Shown: positions 50,076 through 60,339, numbered from the stretch's first letter. The stretch: DNA of 64,000 bases from an uncultured Gammaproteobacteria bacterium (GCA_964519725.1 CAZFKS010000001.1:119270-183269); one strand, 5' to 3'. Notes: generated by a model from the sequence alone, not told the origin. Numbers and translations are program-made.

Positions 50076-51332
50076 TTAGACCAATCCTCGGGCTTTCATG
50101 CCAGCGTCCACTCGGGTCAAAGCCGACACAAACGCGGCAGTCCGCATATCTACGTTATATTTTTCCTTGGCCGCCCAAACTTCGCCAAAGGCGGTGACCA
50201 TAATTTTGTTTAATTTTTGCATCACCTCTTCATCAGTCCAATAATAATTACTGGTGTTTTGCACTTGTTCAAAATAACTTACGGTCACGCCGCCGCTGTT
50301 GGCCAAAATATCTGGCACTACCACTACATTATTTTTGAACAAGATTTCATCCGCTTCTGGCGTGGTTGGACCGTTAGCTAATTCTACAATCATTTTCGCT
50401 TTAACCCGACCAGCATTTTCCGCAGTGATTTGATTTTCTAAAGCGGCTGGGACCAAAATGTCCACTTCCATTTCCAAAAGCTGTTCATTAGTAATTTCGT
50501 AAAAATTTAACGAATCCTCTGATGCATAGGTAAACAAGCTTCCTTTATTTTCCTTATGCTCACTCAAATACTTTGGATTAAGCGAACCGACTGTAGTTCG
50601 TACACCACCTTGTGAATCTGTCGCAGCCACAATTTTGAAGCCTGCGGCGTGTAAGAGTTCAGCCATATGAGCACCAGCATTACCATATCCTTGAATGGCG
50701 ACTGTGGTTTCACTAGGGGTAAGGCCCATTTTTTTAACTGCCTCAAGGAGCACAAACACACCACCTTGCGCAGTCGCTTTATCGCGTCCACGTGAACCAC
50801 CCAGCGCCAGTGGCTTACCAGTAATCATACCCGGCGCTTTTTCGCCCACTAATTTTTCGTATTCATCCAGCATCCAGCTCATAATCTGGCCATTAGTATA
50901 CACGTCTGGCGCTGGAACATCTTGCGTTGGACCAACATATTTGTACAAAGCGCGAATATACCCACGTGACAATCGTTCTAACTCCCCTTCTGACAATTCT
51001 TTTGGATTAACAATAATTCCACCCTTACCACCACCAAGTGGTAAACCAGCCACTGCACATTTCATAGTCATCCAAAATGACAGTGCTTTAACTTCGTCTT
51101 CAGTTACATTCCAGTGATAGCGAATTCCACCTTTAAATGGTCCCAGCGCATCATTATATTGACTGCGGTAACCAGTAAATACTTTAATTTCACCACTGTC
51201 CATTTTAACGGGAATCGATACGGTAAGGAGCCGTTTTGGCGCTGACAAAATGGCTTTGGTTTCAGTATTTAAATTCATGACTCCAGCCGCTTTTTCCAGC
51301 TGTGCCATGGCGTTTTGAAAAGGATTATTCAT
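50076..51332 (-). CDS. gdh: Glu/Leu/Phe/Val-family amino-acid dehydrogenase (glutamate dehydrogenase-like)
   Basis: Catalytic LPLGGGKGG, NAD(P) Rossmann GYGNAGAHMAELL. 418 aa. Confidence 0.9.
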   Translation of the reverse strand: MNNPFQNAMAQLEKAAGVMNLNTETKAILSAPKRLLTVSIPVKMDSGEIKVFTGYRSQYNDALGPFKGGIRYHWNVTEDEVKALSFWMTMKCAVAGLPLGGGKGGIIVNPKELSEGELERLSRGYIRALYKYVGPTQDVPAPDVYTNGQIMSWMLDEYEKLVGEKAPGMITGKPLALGGSRGRDKATAQGGVFVLLEAVKKMGLTPSETTVAIQGYGNAGAHMAELLHAAGFKIVAATDSQGGVRTTVGSLNPKYLSEHKENKGSLFTYASEDSLNFYEITNEQLLEMEVDILVPAALENQITAENAGRVKAKMIVELANGPTTPEADEILFKNNVVVVPDILANSGGVTVSYFEQVQNTSNYYWTDEEVMQKLNKIMVTAFGEVWAAKEKYNVDMRTAAFVSALTRVDAGMKARGLV

Positions 51333-51413
51333 ATGTTTTTAATATACAACAAGTGTACTCTCGCCAAAAAAATAGTCAAGGAAAAGTTTACGTGGTACGA
51401 TAAGCCCACCACT

Positions 51414-51644
51414 ATGATAAAAATCTATCGTTTTAAAGTTATTCCCCGTAGTCAAACCAATGAAATTTTGGGTAAACAAATTGACGGCACCATAAAAGTA
51501 AAACTAAAGGCACCGCCCGTGGACGGCGCAGCTAACGAGGCACTGATTGACTTGCTGTCAGAAGAGTGGGATATTCCTAAAAACAAAATAAAAATTAAAA
51601 GCGGCCATACTGGCCGCTTAAAAATAATTACCATTGAAGATTAG
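51414..51644 (+). CDS. DUF167 (YggU/UPF0235) family protein
   Basis: From internal ATG (MIKIYRF). KVKLKAPPVDGAANEALIDLLSEEWDIPKNKIKIKSGHTGRLKII matches the DUF167 pattern. 4-nt convergent overlap with trxA. Confidence 0.55.
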   Translation: MIKIYRFKVIPRSQTNEILGKQIDGTIKVKLKAPPVDGAANEALIDLLSEEWDIPKNKIKIKSGHTGRLKIITIED

Positions 51645-51964
51645 AGGTGTTTTTCTACACCAGCGCGCAATTTTTCTTTAGGCATGCCACCGACCATAGT
51701 TTCAACGGCTTGGCCATTTTTAAATACAATAAAGGTTGGAATACTCATTACGCGATAATTACCAGGGACAGTAGTATTTTCATCAACGTTCATTTTGACT
51801 ACTTTAATTTTACTCATGTCCCACTCGCCAACCAATTCTTCGAGCAGTGGATTCATCATTTGGCAAGGACCACACCATGGTGCCCAAAAATCTACCAAAA
51901 CTGGCACTGAAGAATTTAAAACTTCTGCTTGAAAATTTGCGTCAGTGACGATTTGTTCAGCCAT
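51641..51964 (-). CDS. trxA: thioredoxin
   Basis: WAPWCGPCQ active site. 107 aa. Confidence 0.9.
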   Translation of the reverse strand: MAEQIVTDANFQAEVLNSSVPVLVDFWAPWCGPCQMMNPLLEELVGEWDMSKIKVVKMNVDENTTVPGNYRVMSIPTFIVFKNGQAVETMVGGMPKEKLRAGVEKHL

Positions 51965-51978
51965 ATGATATAAAATTA

Positions 51979-54009
51979 TTATTTAACAAATTCAATTTTG
52001 CGAACCCGAATTTCTTCGTGGAAAATCTCCAATTTATCGCCCACTTCAATTTTTTCTTTAGTGCCAATTTGCACCCCGCACTCAGTACCCTCAAAAGCAT
52101 CCTTGACTTCTTGTTGACCAATTTTTACGGCCATGACTGTGCCAGTAGCAATGAGGAGTCCATCCCGTTTAATACGTACTGACTCACCTTTCAAAACTTT
52201 TCCGTTGGTAACTACACCACCAATAATGGTTGATTGTTTATCTTTGCGGAACAGCGCCAGCACGTTCATGTTACCCAACTCAGTAATAATATGTTCTTTG
52301 GTGAGCATTTTTTCGAGCTCCACTTTTACCCAATCAATTAAATCGTAAATCACTGAGTAATTAGTGAAGGTAATATTTTTATTGCGGAGCATTTGGTCAG
52401 CCAAAGGGGTTGGACGCACGTTAAAGCCAATTACTGTCGCACCACCAGTTTCTGCCTTACTAACATCATTTTCGGTAATGTTTCCCAGACCCTTACCGAT
52501 TACTTTTACCCCAACTTCTTCATGTTTAATTTTGGCCAGTGAAGCAATGATTGCTTCCAGTGAACCAAGTACGTCAGTTTTAATCACCAAATTCAAAGTC
52601 TTTTTCGCAGTTTCGTCCTCCATGGTTTGACCTTCAATCAGCGTGGTGCGTTCAGCTCCAGTTTGTTCAGAGCGTTTTTGCTTCACGTCAATTTCTGTGG
52701 CCGTATCAGCGCGGCTAACATCTAGAACATCACCGATTTCTGGTGCGACTTTAAAACCAATAATTTGCACTGGCATTGATGGCGAAGCTGCTTCAATTAA
52801 TTCGCCACGGTAATTTTTCATGGCGCGTACTTTACCGTAAATTTCATTATTTACCACGAGCTTGTCATTATTGTGCAAAGTTCCAGACTGCACCAAAACC
52901 GTTGCCACTGGCCCCATGCCTTTATTAACGTGTGATTCAATAATGGTCCCAACGGCTGGTAAATCTGGATCAGCTTTAATTTTATCCTCATTAACATCAG
53001 CGAGTAACAAAAGTACATCGAGTAATTTATCAATATTAACATTATTTTTGGCGGAAATTCCTACCACTGGCACATCGCCGCCCCATTCTTCTGGAATAAT
53101 TCCACGTTGTGACAAATCATTTTTTACGCGGTCTAAATCAGCGGCTTCTTTATCAATTTTGTTGATCGCGACCACAAATGGCAATTTAGCCGCGCGAATA
53201 ATATTAATCGCTTCTTCAGTTTGCGGTTTAACACTGTCATCAGCCGCCACCACCAAAATCGCCATGTCAGCGACTTTAGCACCACGACTGCGCATCATGG
53301 AAAAAGCTTCGTGACCCGGAGTATCAATGAAAGAAATAGCACGCTGCGCTTTAGTTTTTGGATCAGTCCAAACAGTTTGGTACGCGCCAATGTGCTGAGT
53401 AATTCCACCCGCTTCTTTGGCCACAACATTGGCCGAACGAATGGTGTCGAGCAATTTTGTTTTACCATGGTCAACGTGACCCATCACTACCACTACTGGC
53501 GGACGAGTAACACCTTCACCACGTGCCAAAGCTTCTTCCAAATTTTGCACGCGGCTCGCTTCTTTGGCCACATCGGCTTGACTAGCTTCACCACCTTCAC
53601 GAGTCACACCAAAACCAAGTTCTTCAGCAATAATTCCAGCCGTATCAAAGTCAATGTTCTGATTTTGGTTGGCCAAAATTCCATTTTTCATCAGTTCCAT
53701 GATCACCTGTGTGGTCGGCAATTTCATGCGTTCAGCAAAATCGCGCACGGTAATAAGTGCTGGCAAGGTAACAGTTTGACCAGATTCTTTACGGAGAGCA
53801 CGTTCTTTTTTCTTGGCTTCCTCTTGTTCCCGTGCTTTCTTTTCTTCTAAATCACGTCGAATAAAGCGCCACTTGCGGGTAATCTGTTCGGCCACCCGAT
53901 CATCAATTTTTACCGCCTTAGCACCCACGTCAAAACCATAGGCAGGTAAAACTTCCAATAAATCCTTGGTATTGATCCGGAGTTGGCGGGCTAGTTCAGA
54001 GACATTCAT
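51979..54009 (-). CDS. infB: translation initiation factor IF-2
   Basis: GHVDHGKTKLLD, DTPGHEAF, NKIDK G-domain. Conserved C-terminal domains. 676 aa. Confidence 0.95.
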   Translation of the reverse strand: MNVSELARQLRINTKDLLEVLPAYGFDVGAKAVKIDDRVAEQITRKWRFIRRDLEEKKAREQEEAKKKERALRKESGQTVTLPALITVRDFAERMKLPTTQVIMELMKNGILANQNQNIDFDTAGIIAEELGFGVTREGGEASQADVAKEASRVQNLEEALARGEGVTRPPVVVVMGHVDHGKTKLLDTIRSANVVAKEAGGITQHIGAYQTVWTDPKTKAQRAISFIDTPGHEAFSMMRSRGAKVADMAILVVAADDSVKPQTEEAINIIRAAKLPFVVAINKIDKEAADLDRVKNDLSQRGIIPEEWGGDVPVVGISAKNNVNIDKLLDVLLLLADVNEDKIKADPDLPAVGTIIESHVNKGMGPVATVLVQSGTLHNNDKLVVNNEIYGKVRAMKNYRGELIEAASPSMPVQIIGFKVAPEIGDVLDVSRADTATEIDVKQKRSEQTGAERTTLIEGQTMEDETAKKTLNLVIKTDVLGSLEAIIASLAKIKHEEVGVKVIGKGLGNITENDVSKAETGGATVIGFNVRPTPLADQMLRNKNITFTNYSVIYDLIDWVKVELEKMLTKEHIITELGNMNVLALFRKDKQSTIIGGVVTNGKVLKGESVRIKRDGLLIATGTVMAVKIGQQEVKDAFEGTECGVQIGTKEKIEVGDKLEIFHEEIRVRKIEFVK

Positions 54010-54095
54010 AGTGAGCGCACTATACGCGATTTAGAGTAATTAGTCAATTAAATCAGAAAAACCCCAAGCCAGGGGTTTTTCTAGAAAAAAGCTTT

Positions 54096-54626
54096 TTATT
54101 TAGCGAATTTCTCAGCGTAGAGCTGCTGAGAACGAGAAACAGCGGCTTTGGCGTCGGACACGCCTTTAAAACCACCCACAGTTACCACTTTCTCTTGAAT
54201 AACTTTGTAAGTTTCAAAAAAGTGTTTAATCACTTTTAGAGTGTGCGGATTAACGTCATCCAAGTCTTTAACCTCTTTCCAACGTGGGTCAGATACTGGC
54301 ACGGCAATAATTTTGTCATCAGCGTCACCACTATCAATCATATTCATAATGGCCACTGGACGGACATTAACCAAAATACCAACTGGTAGTGGCTCGGTTG
54401 TCAGTACAATCACATCGAGAGCATCACCATCATCCCACAAAGTTTGTGGCACAAATCCATAGTCAAATGGATAAGTTTGACCAGAATGCATGACGCGATC
54501 CAAGGCAATTAAACCAGTTTCTTTGTCAATTTCGTATTTATTTAAAGAATTGCGAGGAATTTCAATAATGGTATTTAATTCATCCGGGACATTTTTGCCC
54601 GCGGAAACATCGTGCCAAAGGTTCAT
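54096..54626 (-). CDS. ppa: inorganic pyrophosphatase (family I)
   Basis: NKYEIDKETG, DGDALDV, conserved Asp cluster. 176 aa. Confidence 0.9.
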   Translation of the reverse strand: MNLWHDVSAGKNVPDELNTIIEIPRNSLNKYEIDKETGLIALDRVMHSGQTYPFDYGFVPQTLWDDGDALDVIVLTTEPLPVGILVNVRPVAIMNMIDSGDADDKIIAVPVSDPRWKEVKDLDDVNPHTLKVIKHFFETYKVIQEKVVTVGGFKGVSDAKAAVSRSQQLYAEKFAK

Positions 54627-54776
54627 AAATAATAGTTATTAATGCCCTTAAACTATCAGGTTTAGTAGGAAAATGCAAGTACTATTCAATTTGACACCAA
54701 CCTCTTAATATGCTATTCTTCTGAATAAGAAAGACCTCGGCCGTGGCTTAAACCCCACACTTAGCGGAGGGCTTTT

Positions 54777-55190
54777 TTATTTTTCAGGAAAAATAGAAAC
54801 TAACCATTTTTCTCGATTTTTTAACTCTTCCTTGATTTGTACAAAGAAAACATCACCCTTCTTACTTTTACCAGTAAACCGATAGAGCGTTTCTGAAGTA
54901 TTGCTAGACTTTACCTGGATAACAGGCTTCACCATACTTTTTTCAATCAAATCAATACCGCAAGCGAAAAATCGCACCCGTCTAATCCGGTCACGCCAGT
55001 TTGGCTTACCAAATAAATGATTCCAAAATAAAGGTAGAAATATTTTTTCCTTATTAAAATATTGCGACCGCACATATGGTCGCCTTTTAGTTCGCTTTCT
55101 AATTATATTGTAGTGAGTTAAAGCCTGTTTGTGCACTTCTTTAAAAGAAGAACCGCCAAAAGGCTTTACCTTGGTGTAGTAAAAAGACAT
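54777..55190 (-). CDS. hypothetical highly basic protein
   Basis: 137 aa, Lys/Arg-rich (RKRTKRRPYVRSQYF). No recognisable motif. Confidence 0.3.
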   Translation of the reverse strand: MSFYYTKVKPFGGSSFKEVHKQALTHYNIIRKRTKRRPYVRSQYFNKEKIFLPLFWNHLFGKPNWRDRIRRVRFFACGIDLIEKSMVKPVIQVKSSNTSETLYRFTGKSKKGDVFFVQIKEELKNREKWLVSIFPEK

Positions 55191-55247
55191 ATCCCTCCCT
55201 GAAGAATTATCTTGATACCCTTATTTTACCGCAAAATCAACACAAAG

Positions 55248-56123
55248 TCAATCTTCTTTCTTTCCCAAAATCACATAACCCTGCGACTCAATCACACGGC
55301 CAAGAGTGTACATTTCCAGCAAACAATAAAATTCTGCTACTGCGAGTGAATATGGTTTGGTTTTCAATTTTAATTGGTATAACCAGCGATTTAAAGTGCG
55401 CAAAATTTTAAACCGCGGCGCAGTTTTTTGTAAAACTGGATAGAGCTCGTCCGGATGCACTAAAAATTTTGCCCAGACCGCCGAATACATTCTTTTCACT
55501 GTAAAACCCGCGCCCTCAAGTAGGGCTCGCAACTCTTTTTTGGAATACAAAGAAATGTGATACTCAGCGTGCGGATCCAAATTCACACCACGGCGCTGCA
55601 AATAATTACGGATAAATGCGTGCTTCCCCAATTTTGACTCACTAAACATGGCCAGTCTACCTCCTGGTTTTAGGACCCGATTTAATTCCTTGAGCCAGGC
55701 CGGAACATTGGCTACATGACCAAGCACATCAGAGGTATGAATCGCATCAAAATAATTATCTGGAAATGGTAAATGAATCCCATCGTAAAGCTCCACGTAC
55801 GCATCCACTCCATACTCTTTGAACCGTTCAGTCGCAATATCAACCTCAAGCTGAACCACGTCTAAACCTACGGCTTCCTGAATTTTTGGGAACAAACTTT
55901 TAAGCTCAATTAGTGCCGACCCAGTCCCAGCCCCAGCATCCAAAACCCTGGCCCCTTTGGGTAGGCTGCTTTTCATATATCGATACAGGGAAAACTTTTT
56001 TGGGTAAAAAAGCAGTTTAACCCAGGATTTTAGGCCGGGCCGGGTCACGGCTGGCCGGGCATCCCAGACCTCTGCCCCCTCACTATCCTTGATCCCCCAC
56101 CCCTTTGTTTGACTCATTTCCAT
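55248..56123 (-). CDS. class I SAM-dependent methyltransferase
   Basis: Motif I VLDAGAGTGSALIEL. 291 aa. Confidence 0.75.
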   Translation of the reverse strand: MEMSQTKGWGIKDSEGAEVWDARPAVTRPGLKSWVKLLFYPKKFSLYRYMKSSLPKGARVLDAGAGTGSALIELKSLFPKIQEAVGLDVVQLEVDIATERFKEYGVDAYVELYDGIHLPFPDNYFDAIHTSDVLGHVANVPAWLKELNRVLKPGGRLAMFSESKLGKHAFIRNYLQRRGVNLDPHAEYHISLYSKKELRALLEGAGFTVKRMYSAVWAKFLVHPDELYPVLQKTAPRFKILRTLNRWLYQLKLKTKPYSLAVAEFYCLLEMYTLGRVIESQGYVILGKKED

Positions 56124-56126
56124 AGA

Positions 56127-56155
56127 TTGACATTTTAAGACATTTCTAGTATACT
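56127..56155 (+). promoter_or_regulatory. sigma70-like promoter TTGACA-17-TATACT about 190 nt upstream of rny (long leader) and divergent from the methyltransferase gene
   Basis: ttgaca ttttaagacatttctag tatact. Confidence 0.4.
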
Positions 56156-56345
56156 CTAACTGTAAATATTTTAAATCATTGGCAGAACTTTCTGGTACTG
56201 ATAGCCAGCGAATTGATTGACTTTGGCTGAATCATGCGATTTTTCTTGACTTTCCGCAAATCGCTTAGAGCGTCTTTCACCTCTACTTAAGACCAAGAGA
56301 GCTTTTTCGCTTGTCTAGTGCCAGGACTGCCGTATTCCTGTTTTT

Positions 56346-57872
56346 ATGTCTATTGTATTAATCCTCAGTCTCCTCATTGGCGGGGCACTGGTGGGCGTCC
56401 TCATCGGTTATTTGGTGAGACAACAAATTGCCCAATCAAAAGCCAATTCAGCCGAAGTGCGGGCGGAAAAAATCTTAGCCGAAGCCAAAAATAAAGAACA
56501 AGAAGTTCTGCTTCAAGCCAAGGAAAAAGCCATCAAAGTCATTGATGATGCCAAAAAAGAAGAAGAAACCCGGCGTCAAGAACTCAAGCAAATTCAACAG
56601 CGTTTAGAACAACGCGAAACTTTGTTTGACCAAAAATTAATGGATTTTGAAGAAAACAAAATTAAACTCGAACAAAAAGTGGAAGAAGTTAAACAAGTTA
56701 AACAAAAAATTGAAGAGATCAAAGCTGAAGCCGTTAAAAAACTGGAAACTATTTCTGGTTATTCAAAAGACCAGGCTGTTGAAGAAATTTTTAAACGCGT
56801 GGAACAAGACAGTAAGGCTGACCTGTTTACCCGGATTGGTAAATTAGAAAAAGACAATGGTGAACAGTTTGAAAATGAAGCCAAACGCATTGTCATTGAC
56901 TCAATGCAGCGCTGTGCCGCTAACCACGCCAATGAAAATACCGGTACGATTGTTAACTTACCAAGTGATGAAATGAAGGGCCGGATTATTGGTAAAGATG
57001 GCCGCAATATTAAAACAATTGAAAAATTAACTGGCTGTGAGGTGTTAATTGATGATACCCCTGACATGCTCGTGGTATCTGGTTTTTCATTAATTCGCCG
57101 CCGCGTCGCGCAACTGGCCATTGAAAAATTAATTAAAGATGGCCGCATTCAACCAGCCAAAATTGAAGAGTATGTAGAAATGGCCAAAAAAGAATTGGCC
57201 GTGGACATTAAAAAAGCTGGTGATGAAGCCGTGTATGAAATGGGTATTACCGGCCTTGATCCAAAATTAATTTCAATTATTGGTCGCCTCAAATACCGCA
57301 CTTCATATGGTCAAAACGTTTTGAACCACTGTACTGAGGTTGGTTATTTGGCTGGCATGATTGCCGAAGAACTTGGCATGGATCGCGCCGCAGCCCGTAA
57401 AGCTGGTTTTTTTCATGACATTGGTAAATCAATTGACCACGAAACTCAGGGTGCCCACACTGAGTTAGGTTACAAAATCCTCAAAAAATTTGGTCTTGAT
57501 GAAGACACAGCCCAAGCCGCACTCACCCACCACGATACTAATCCCCCATTACTTTTGACTAAGATCGTAATGGCGGCTGATGCGATTTCTGCCTCACGCA
57601 TTGGTGCGCGCCGCGACACTCACGAAGAATACATTGCTCGTTTGGAAGAATTAGAAAAAGTAGCGAGTGATTTCCCAGGGATTGATAAAGTGTACGCCAT
57701 TCAAGCTGGCCGCGAAGTTCGTGTTTTTGTTCGCCCAGATGAAATTGATGATTACGGCGCTTATAACTTGGCCAAAGACATTGCTCGCAAAATTGAACAA
57801 GAACTTACTTACCCAGGTGAAATTAAGGTCAACGTGATCCGTGAAAACCGGGTCATTGAATACGCCAAATAA
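56346..57872 (+). CDS. rny: ribonuclease Y
   Basis: N-terminal TM helix, long coiled coil, KH domain GRIIGKDGRNIKTIE, HD domain HHDIGK. 508 aa. Confidence 0.9.
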   Translation: MSIVLILSLLIGGALVGVLIGYLVRQQIAQSKANSAEVRAEKILAEAKNKEQEVLLQAKEKAIKVIDDAKKEEETRRQELKQIQQRLEQRETLFDQKLMDFEENKIKLEQKVEEVKQVKQKIEEIKAEAVKKLETISGYSKDQAVEEIFKRVEQDSKADLFTRIGKLEKDNGEQFENEAKRIVIDSMQRCAANHANENTGTIVNLPSDEMKGRIIGKDGRNIKTIEKLTGCEVLIDDTPDMLVVSGFSLIRRRVAQLAIEKLIKDGRIQPAKIEEYVEMAKKELAVDIKKAGDEAVYEMGITGLDPKLISIIGRLKYRTSYGQNVLNHCTEVGYLAGMIAEELGMDRAAARKAGFFHDIGKSIDHETQGAHTELGYKILKKFGLDEDTAQAALTHHDTNPPLLLTKIVMAADAISASRIGARRDTHEEYIARLEELEKVASDFPGIDKVYAIQAGREVRVFVRPDEIDDYGAYNLAKDIARKIEQELTYPGEIKVNVIRENRVIEYAK

Positions 57873-57880
57873 AGGCTCTA

Positions 57881-57909
57881 TTGACACAAAATTAGCCTTG
57901 AGGTATACT
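57881..57909 (+). promoter_or_regulatory. sigma70-like promoter TTGACA-17-TATACT for the HU gene
   Basis: ttgaca caaaattagccttgagg tatact, 30 nt upstream of ATG 57940. Confidence 0.45.
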
Positions 57910-57939
57910 CCGGGATGTAAATCTTTTTTCTAAACTGTT

Positions 57940-58242
57940 ATGAATAAAGCCATGCTGGCCGAACAAATCGCTCACAAGGTCGGTGTTTCTAAAAAAGAAG
58001 CTGAGGCTATGCTTGAAGCTTTAGTTGACATCACCATCAGTGAACTTAAAGCTAATAATGAAGTGACCATTTCTGGTTTTGGTGCGTTCAGTGCTAAAAC
58101 TCGCGCTGGTCGTGTTGGTGTGAATCCACAGAACCCAACTGAAAAAATTCAAATTCCACCAGTGACTGTACCAAAATTCAAAGCTGGTAAAAGTTTGAAA
58201 GATGCACTCAAAAGTAAAAGTGAAGTAAAACCACAAGCTTAA
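57940..58242 (+). CDS. hup: DNA-binding protein HU
   Basis: Beta-arm RAGRVGVNPQNPTEKIQIPP and N-terminal helices typical of HU/IHF. 100 aa. Confidence 0.9.
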   Translation: MNKAMLAEQIAHKVGVSKKEAEAMLEALVDITISELKANNEVTISGFGAFSAKTRAGRVGVNPQNPTEKIQIPPVTVPKFKAGKSLKDALKSKSEVKPQA

Positions 58243-58256
58243 AAATTTCTTCAATA

Positions 58257-58287
58257 AAAAATCCGGCTTAATGCCGGATTTTTTGTG
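58257..58287. terminator. bidirectional hairpin terminator between hup (+) and the tRNA pair (-)
   Basis: aaaaaatccggc-ttaat-gccggatttttt. Perfect 6-bp GC stem with A-run and T-run flanks. Confidence 0.55.
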
Positions 58288-58360
58288 TCAGAGGGGAGAG
58301 TCGAACTCCCGACCTGAGGGTTATGAATCCTCCGCTCTTACCAGACTGAGCTACTCTGAC
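58286..58360 (-). tRNA. tRNA-Met (anticodon CAT; elongator type, could alternatively be lysidine-modified tRNA-Ile2)
   Basis: Reverse complement folds as cloverleaf: acceptor GTCAGAG/CTCTGAC, D-stem GCTC/GAGC, anticodon loop TTCATAA, T-arm GGGAG-TTCGACT-CTCCC. Lacks the initiator features (3 GC pairs in anticodon stem, 1:72 mismatch). Confidence 0.8.
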
Positions 58361-58375
58361 ATATGAGCAACCTCG

Positions 58376-58447
58376 TAGCGCCAAGGAGAATTGAACTCCT
58401 GTTTGGTGGATGAGAACCACCTGTCCTAGCCACTAGACGATGACGCC
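58376..58447 (-). tRNA. tRNA-Glu (anticodon CTC)
   Basis: Reverse complement: acceptor GGCGTCA/TGGCGCT (two GU pairs), D-stem GTCT/GGAC, anticodon stem GGTGG/CCACC with loop TTCTCAT, T-arm AGGAG-TTCAATT-CTCCT, 4-nt variable loop. Confidence 0.65.
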
Positions 58448-58509
58448 CTAGTAATGGACAAAATTATACGCAAAACCCAAGAAAAAGTCAATCCACCAGG
58501 CAAACAAGC

Positions 58510-60285
58510 TTAGCGCGCTGGTGGCACCTGGAAATATTCCAGGAGAAACTTGGACAAATCCCCAAAGACGGGCGCTGCGGTGCTTTCAGCATAGGCTGGT
58601 TCTGGTTTTTCGTATTTTACGATCATGACGTATTTAGGGTCTTGAGCTGGGGCAAAGCCAATAAATGAGTGGTTGTAAGTTTTAGTATATCCACCTGGCC
58701 CAGCGATTTCCGCTGTTCCTGATTTACCAGCCACTTGGTATCCAGTCACCCGCGCGCGACCGCTGTAACCTTTATCAACGGTGGCTACCAAAATATTTCC
58801 AATTTGACCCGCCGCTTTACGATTTAAAACCGTGCCAATTGGTTTTGGTTTAGTCACTTCAATATGACCGTCAGCAAATTGTTTTTCTTTGATAATGTAT
58901 GGTTTCATCAGAGTACCACCATTAGCAATTACCGAAAAAGCTGTGGCTGCTTGTAGTGGTGTCACTGTTAAACCCTGACCAAATGACGCTGTGGCTGTGT
59001 AACAATCTAATTTATTGCCCTTATTTTGGGTGAGCGAATCAATGGTTCCACTCACTTCAGTATCTAATTCAATTCCAGTTTCTACACCAAAACCAAACCG
59101 TTTAACATATTGTAAAAATTTTTGTTTACCTAAACTTTCCACTACGTGTACCATCCCAGTGTTAATTGAATTTTGAATCACCCCGGTCATGGTCTGATCA
59201 CCAAATGCTTTATTGCCCGCATTTTGAATTGGATGCTGACAAATTCCATCGCGGCGGCCAGTGTCAAAAAATGGTGTGTTTGGCGTGACTGCACCCTCGT
59301 TCAAAGCCGCGGCCATGGTAATTGGTTTAAAAATTGACCCTGGTTCGTACGGTGTAAAAATCGCGGAATTATTAAAAATATTGGCGTCAGTAACTTTGTT
59401 ATATTCATTTGGATTAAAATCTGGCAGTGAACACATGGCTAAAATGGCCCCCGATTTTGGTTCCATAATTACGAGCGACGCACTCGTGGCTTTATAATCA
59501 ATCATCCCCTGCCGCAAACGTTCACAAGCCTTAAATTGAATGGTCCGATCAATGGTCAAAACCAAATCTGCACCATCTTCAGCCGGTTTTAAAAGACCCT
59601 TATTTGACTCAATCCAACTACCACTAGCTGAACGCAGCCCCTCAATAAAACCACCTGATCCAGCCAAATTTTTCTGCCAGTAGCCTTCAATTCCGTATCG
59701 GCCCAGTGCATTACCTTTATCATCTTTTCCCACAAACCCAATCACCGTGGCCGCCAAATTTCCCTCAGGATAATTGCGGTGCGGCTCGCGCACAAAATAA
59801 ATGCCTGGCAAATCTAGGGCTTTAATGGTTTCCATTTTGCGCTGGTCTAAACGCTGTTCAATTGGTTCGTACGGATCAGTCCGTTTATTTAGTTGTTTGG
59901 TAATAGTTTCGCGGCGCTCAGGCGCAAAAGTAAATTGTTTATCGAGCCCATCCAAAACTTGGCGCGCCATTTCTTCAGTTTTAATTTCGCGTGTGTCAGC
60001 GTACAGGGTGTACACATCATCATTAAGAGCAATTGGATAGGGCGTACCAGTGCGTGCATCTGACAAAAAAATTTGACCGCGTTTTGGTAGCAAAGTTGAA
60101 CTTGATTCATGCGTATTAGCCGCCAGTGCCGTGTAAAAACCATGTTCCAAAACCATGAGAAAAAATAACCGCGCAATAATAATTCCAATTCCGCCAAACA
60201 AAAACCAAGTGGCCACTTTAATGCGCTCCACTGAAGCAAAATCAGCACGAGGATTAGATAAACGGTTAGAGTAATTCACAGGCAA
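58510..60285 (-). CDS. penicillin-binding protein 2 / FtsI-type transpeptidase
   Basis: N-terminal TM anchor. SxxK GSIFKP, SxN, KTG motif AGKSGTAE. 591 aa. Confidence 0.85.
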   Translation of the reverse strand: MPVNYSNRLSNPRADFASVERIKVATWFLFGGIGIIIARLFFLMVLEHGFYTALAANTHESSSTLLPKRGQIFLSDARTGTPYPIALNDDVYTLYADTREIKTEEMARQVLDGLDKQFTFAPERRETITKQLNKRTDPYEPIEQRLDQRKMETIKALDLPGIYFVREPHRNYPEGNLAATVIGFVGKDDKGNALGRYGIEGYWQKNLAGSGGFIEGLRSASGSWIESNKGLLKPAEDGADLVLTIDRTIQFKACERLRQGMIDYKATSASLVIMEPKSGAILAMCSLPDFNPNEYNKVTDANIFNNSAIFTPYEPGSIFKPITMAAALNEGAVTPNTPFFDTGRRDGICQHPIQNAGNKAFGDQTMTGVIQNSINTGMVHVVESLGKQKFLQYVKRFGFGVETGIELDTEVSGTIDSLTQNKGNKLDCYTATASFGQGLTVTPLQAATAFSVIANGGTLMKPYIIKEKQFADGHIEVTKPKPIGTVLNRKAAGQIGNILVATVDKGYSGRARVTGYQVAGKSGTAEIAGPGGYTKTYNHSFIGFAPAQDPKYVMIVKYEKPEPAYAESTAAPVFGDLSKFLLEYFQVPPAR

Positions 60286-60310
60286 TAGGAGCTATAGTAT
60301 ACCACAAAAC

Positions 60311-60339
60311 TTGACGTGGATTTTAGCCAAGAGTAATAT
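60311..60339 (+). promoter_or_regulatory. sigma70-like promoter TTGACG-17-TAATAT upstream of a GC-rich structured island
   Basis: ttgacg tggattttagccaagag taatat. Confidence 0.35.

Noticed and set aside
53221-53850. 209-aa plus-strand ORF
   Set aside because: It is antisense inside infB.
54627-54776. Possible promoter/terminator or small RNA between ppa and the basic hypothetical gene
   Set aside because: A TTGACA-17-TATTCT match exists on the plus strand. No convincing hairpin-plus-T-run terminator or downstream gene could be paired with it, so the evidence is too weak to call.
58286-58360. tRNA(CAT) as initiator tRNA-fMet
   Set aside because: The anticodon stem lacks three consecutive G-C pairs and position 1:72 is a Watson-Crick G-C pair. 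It is therefore elongator Met or Ile2-type.
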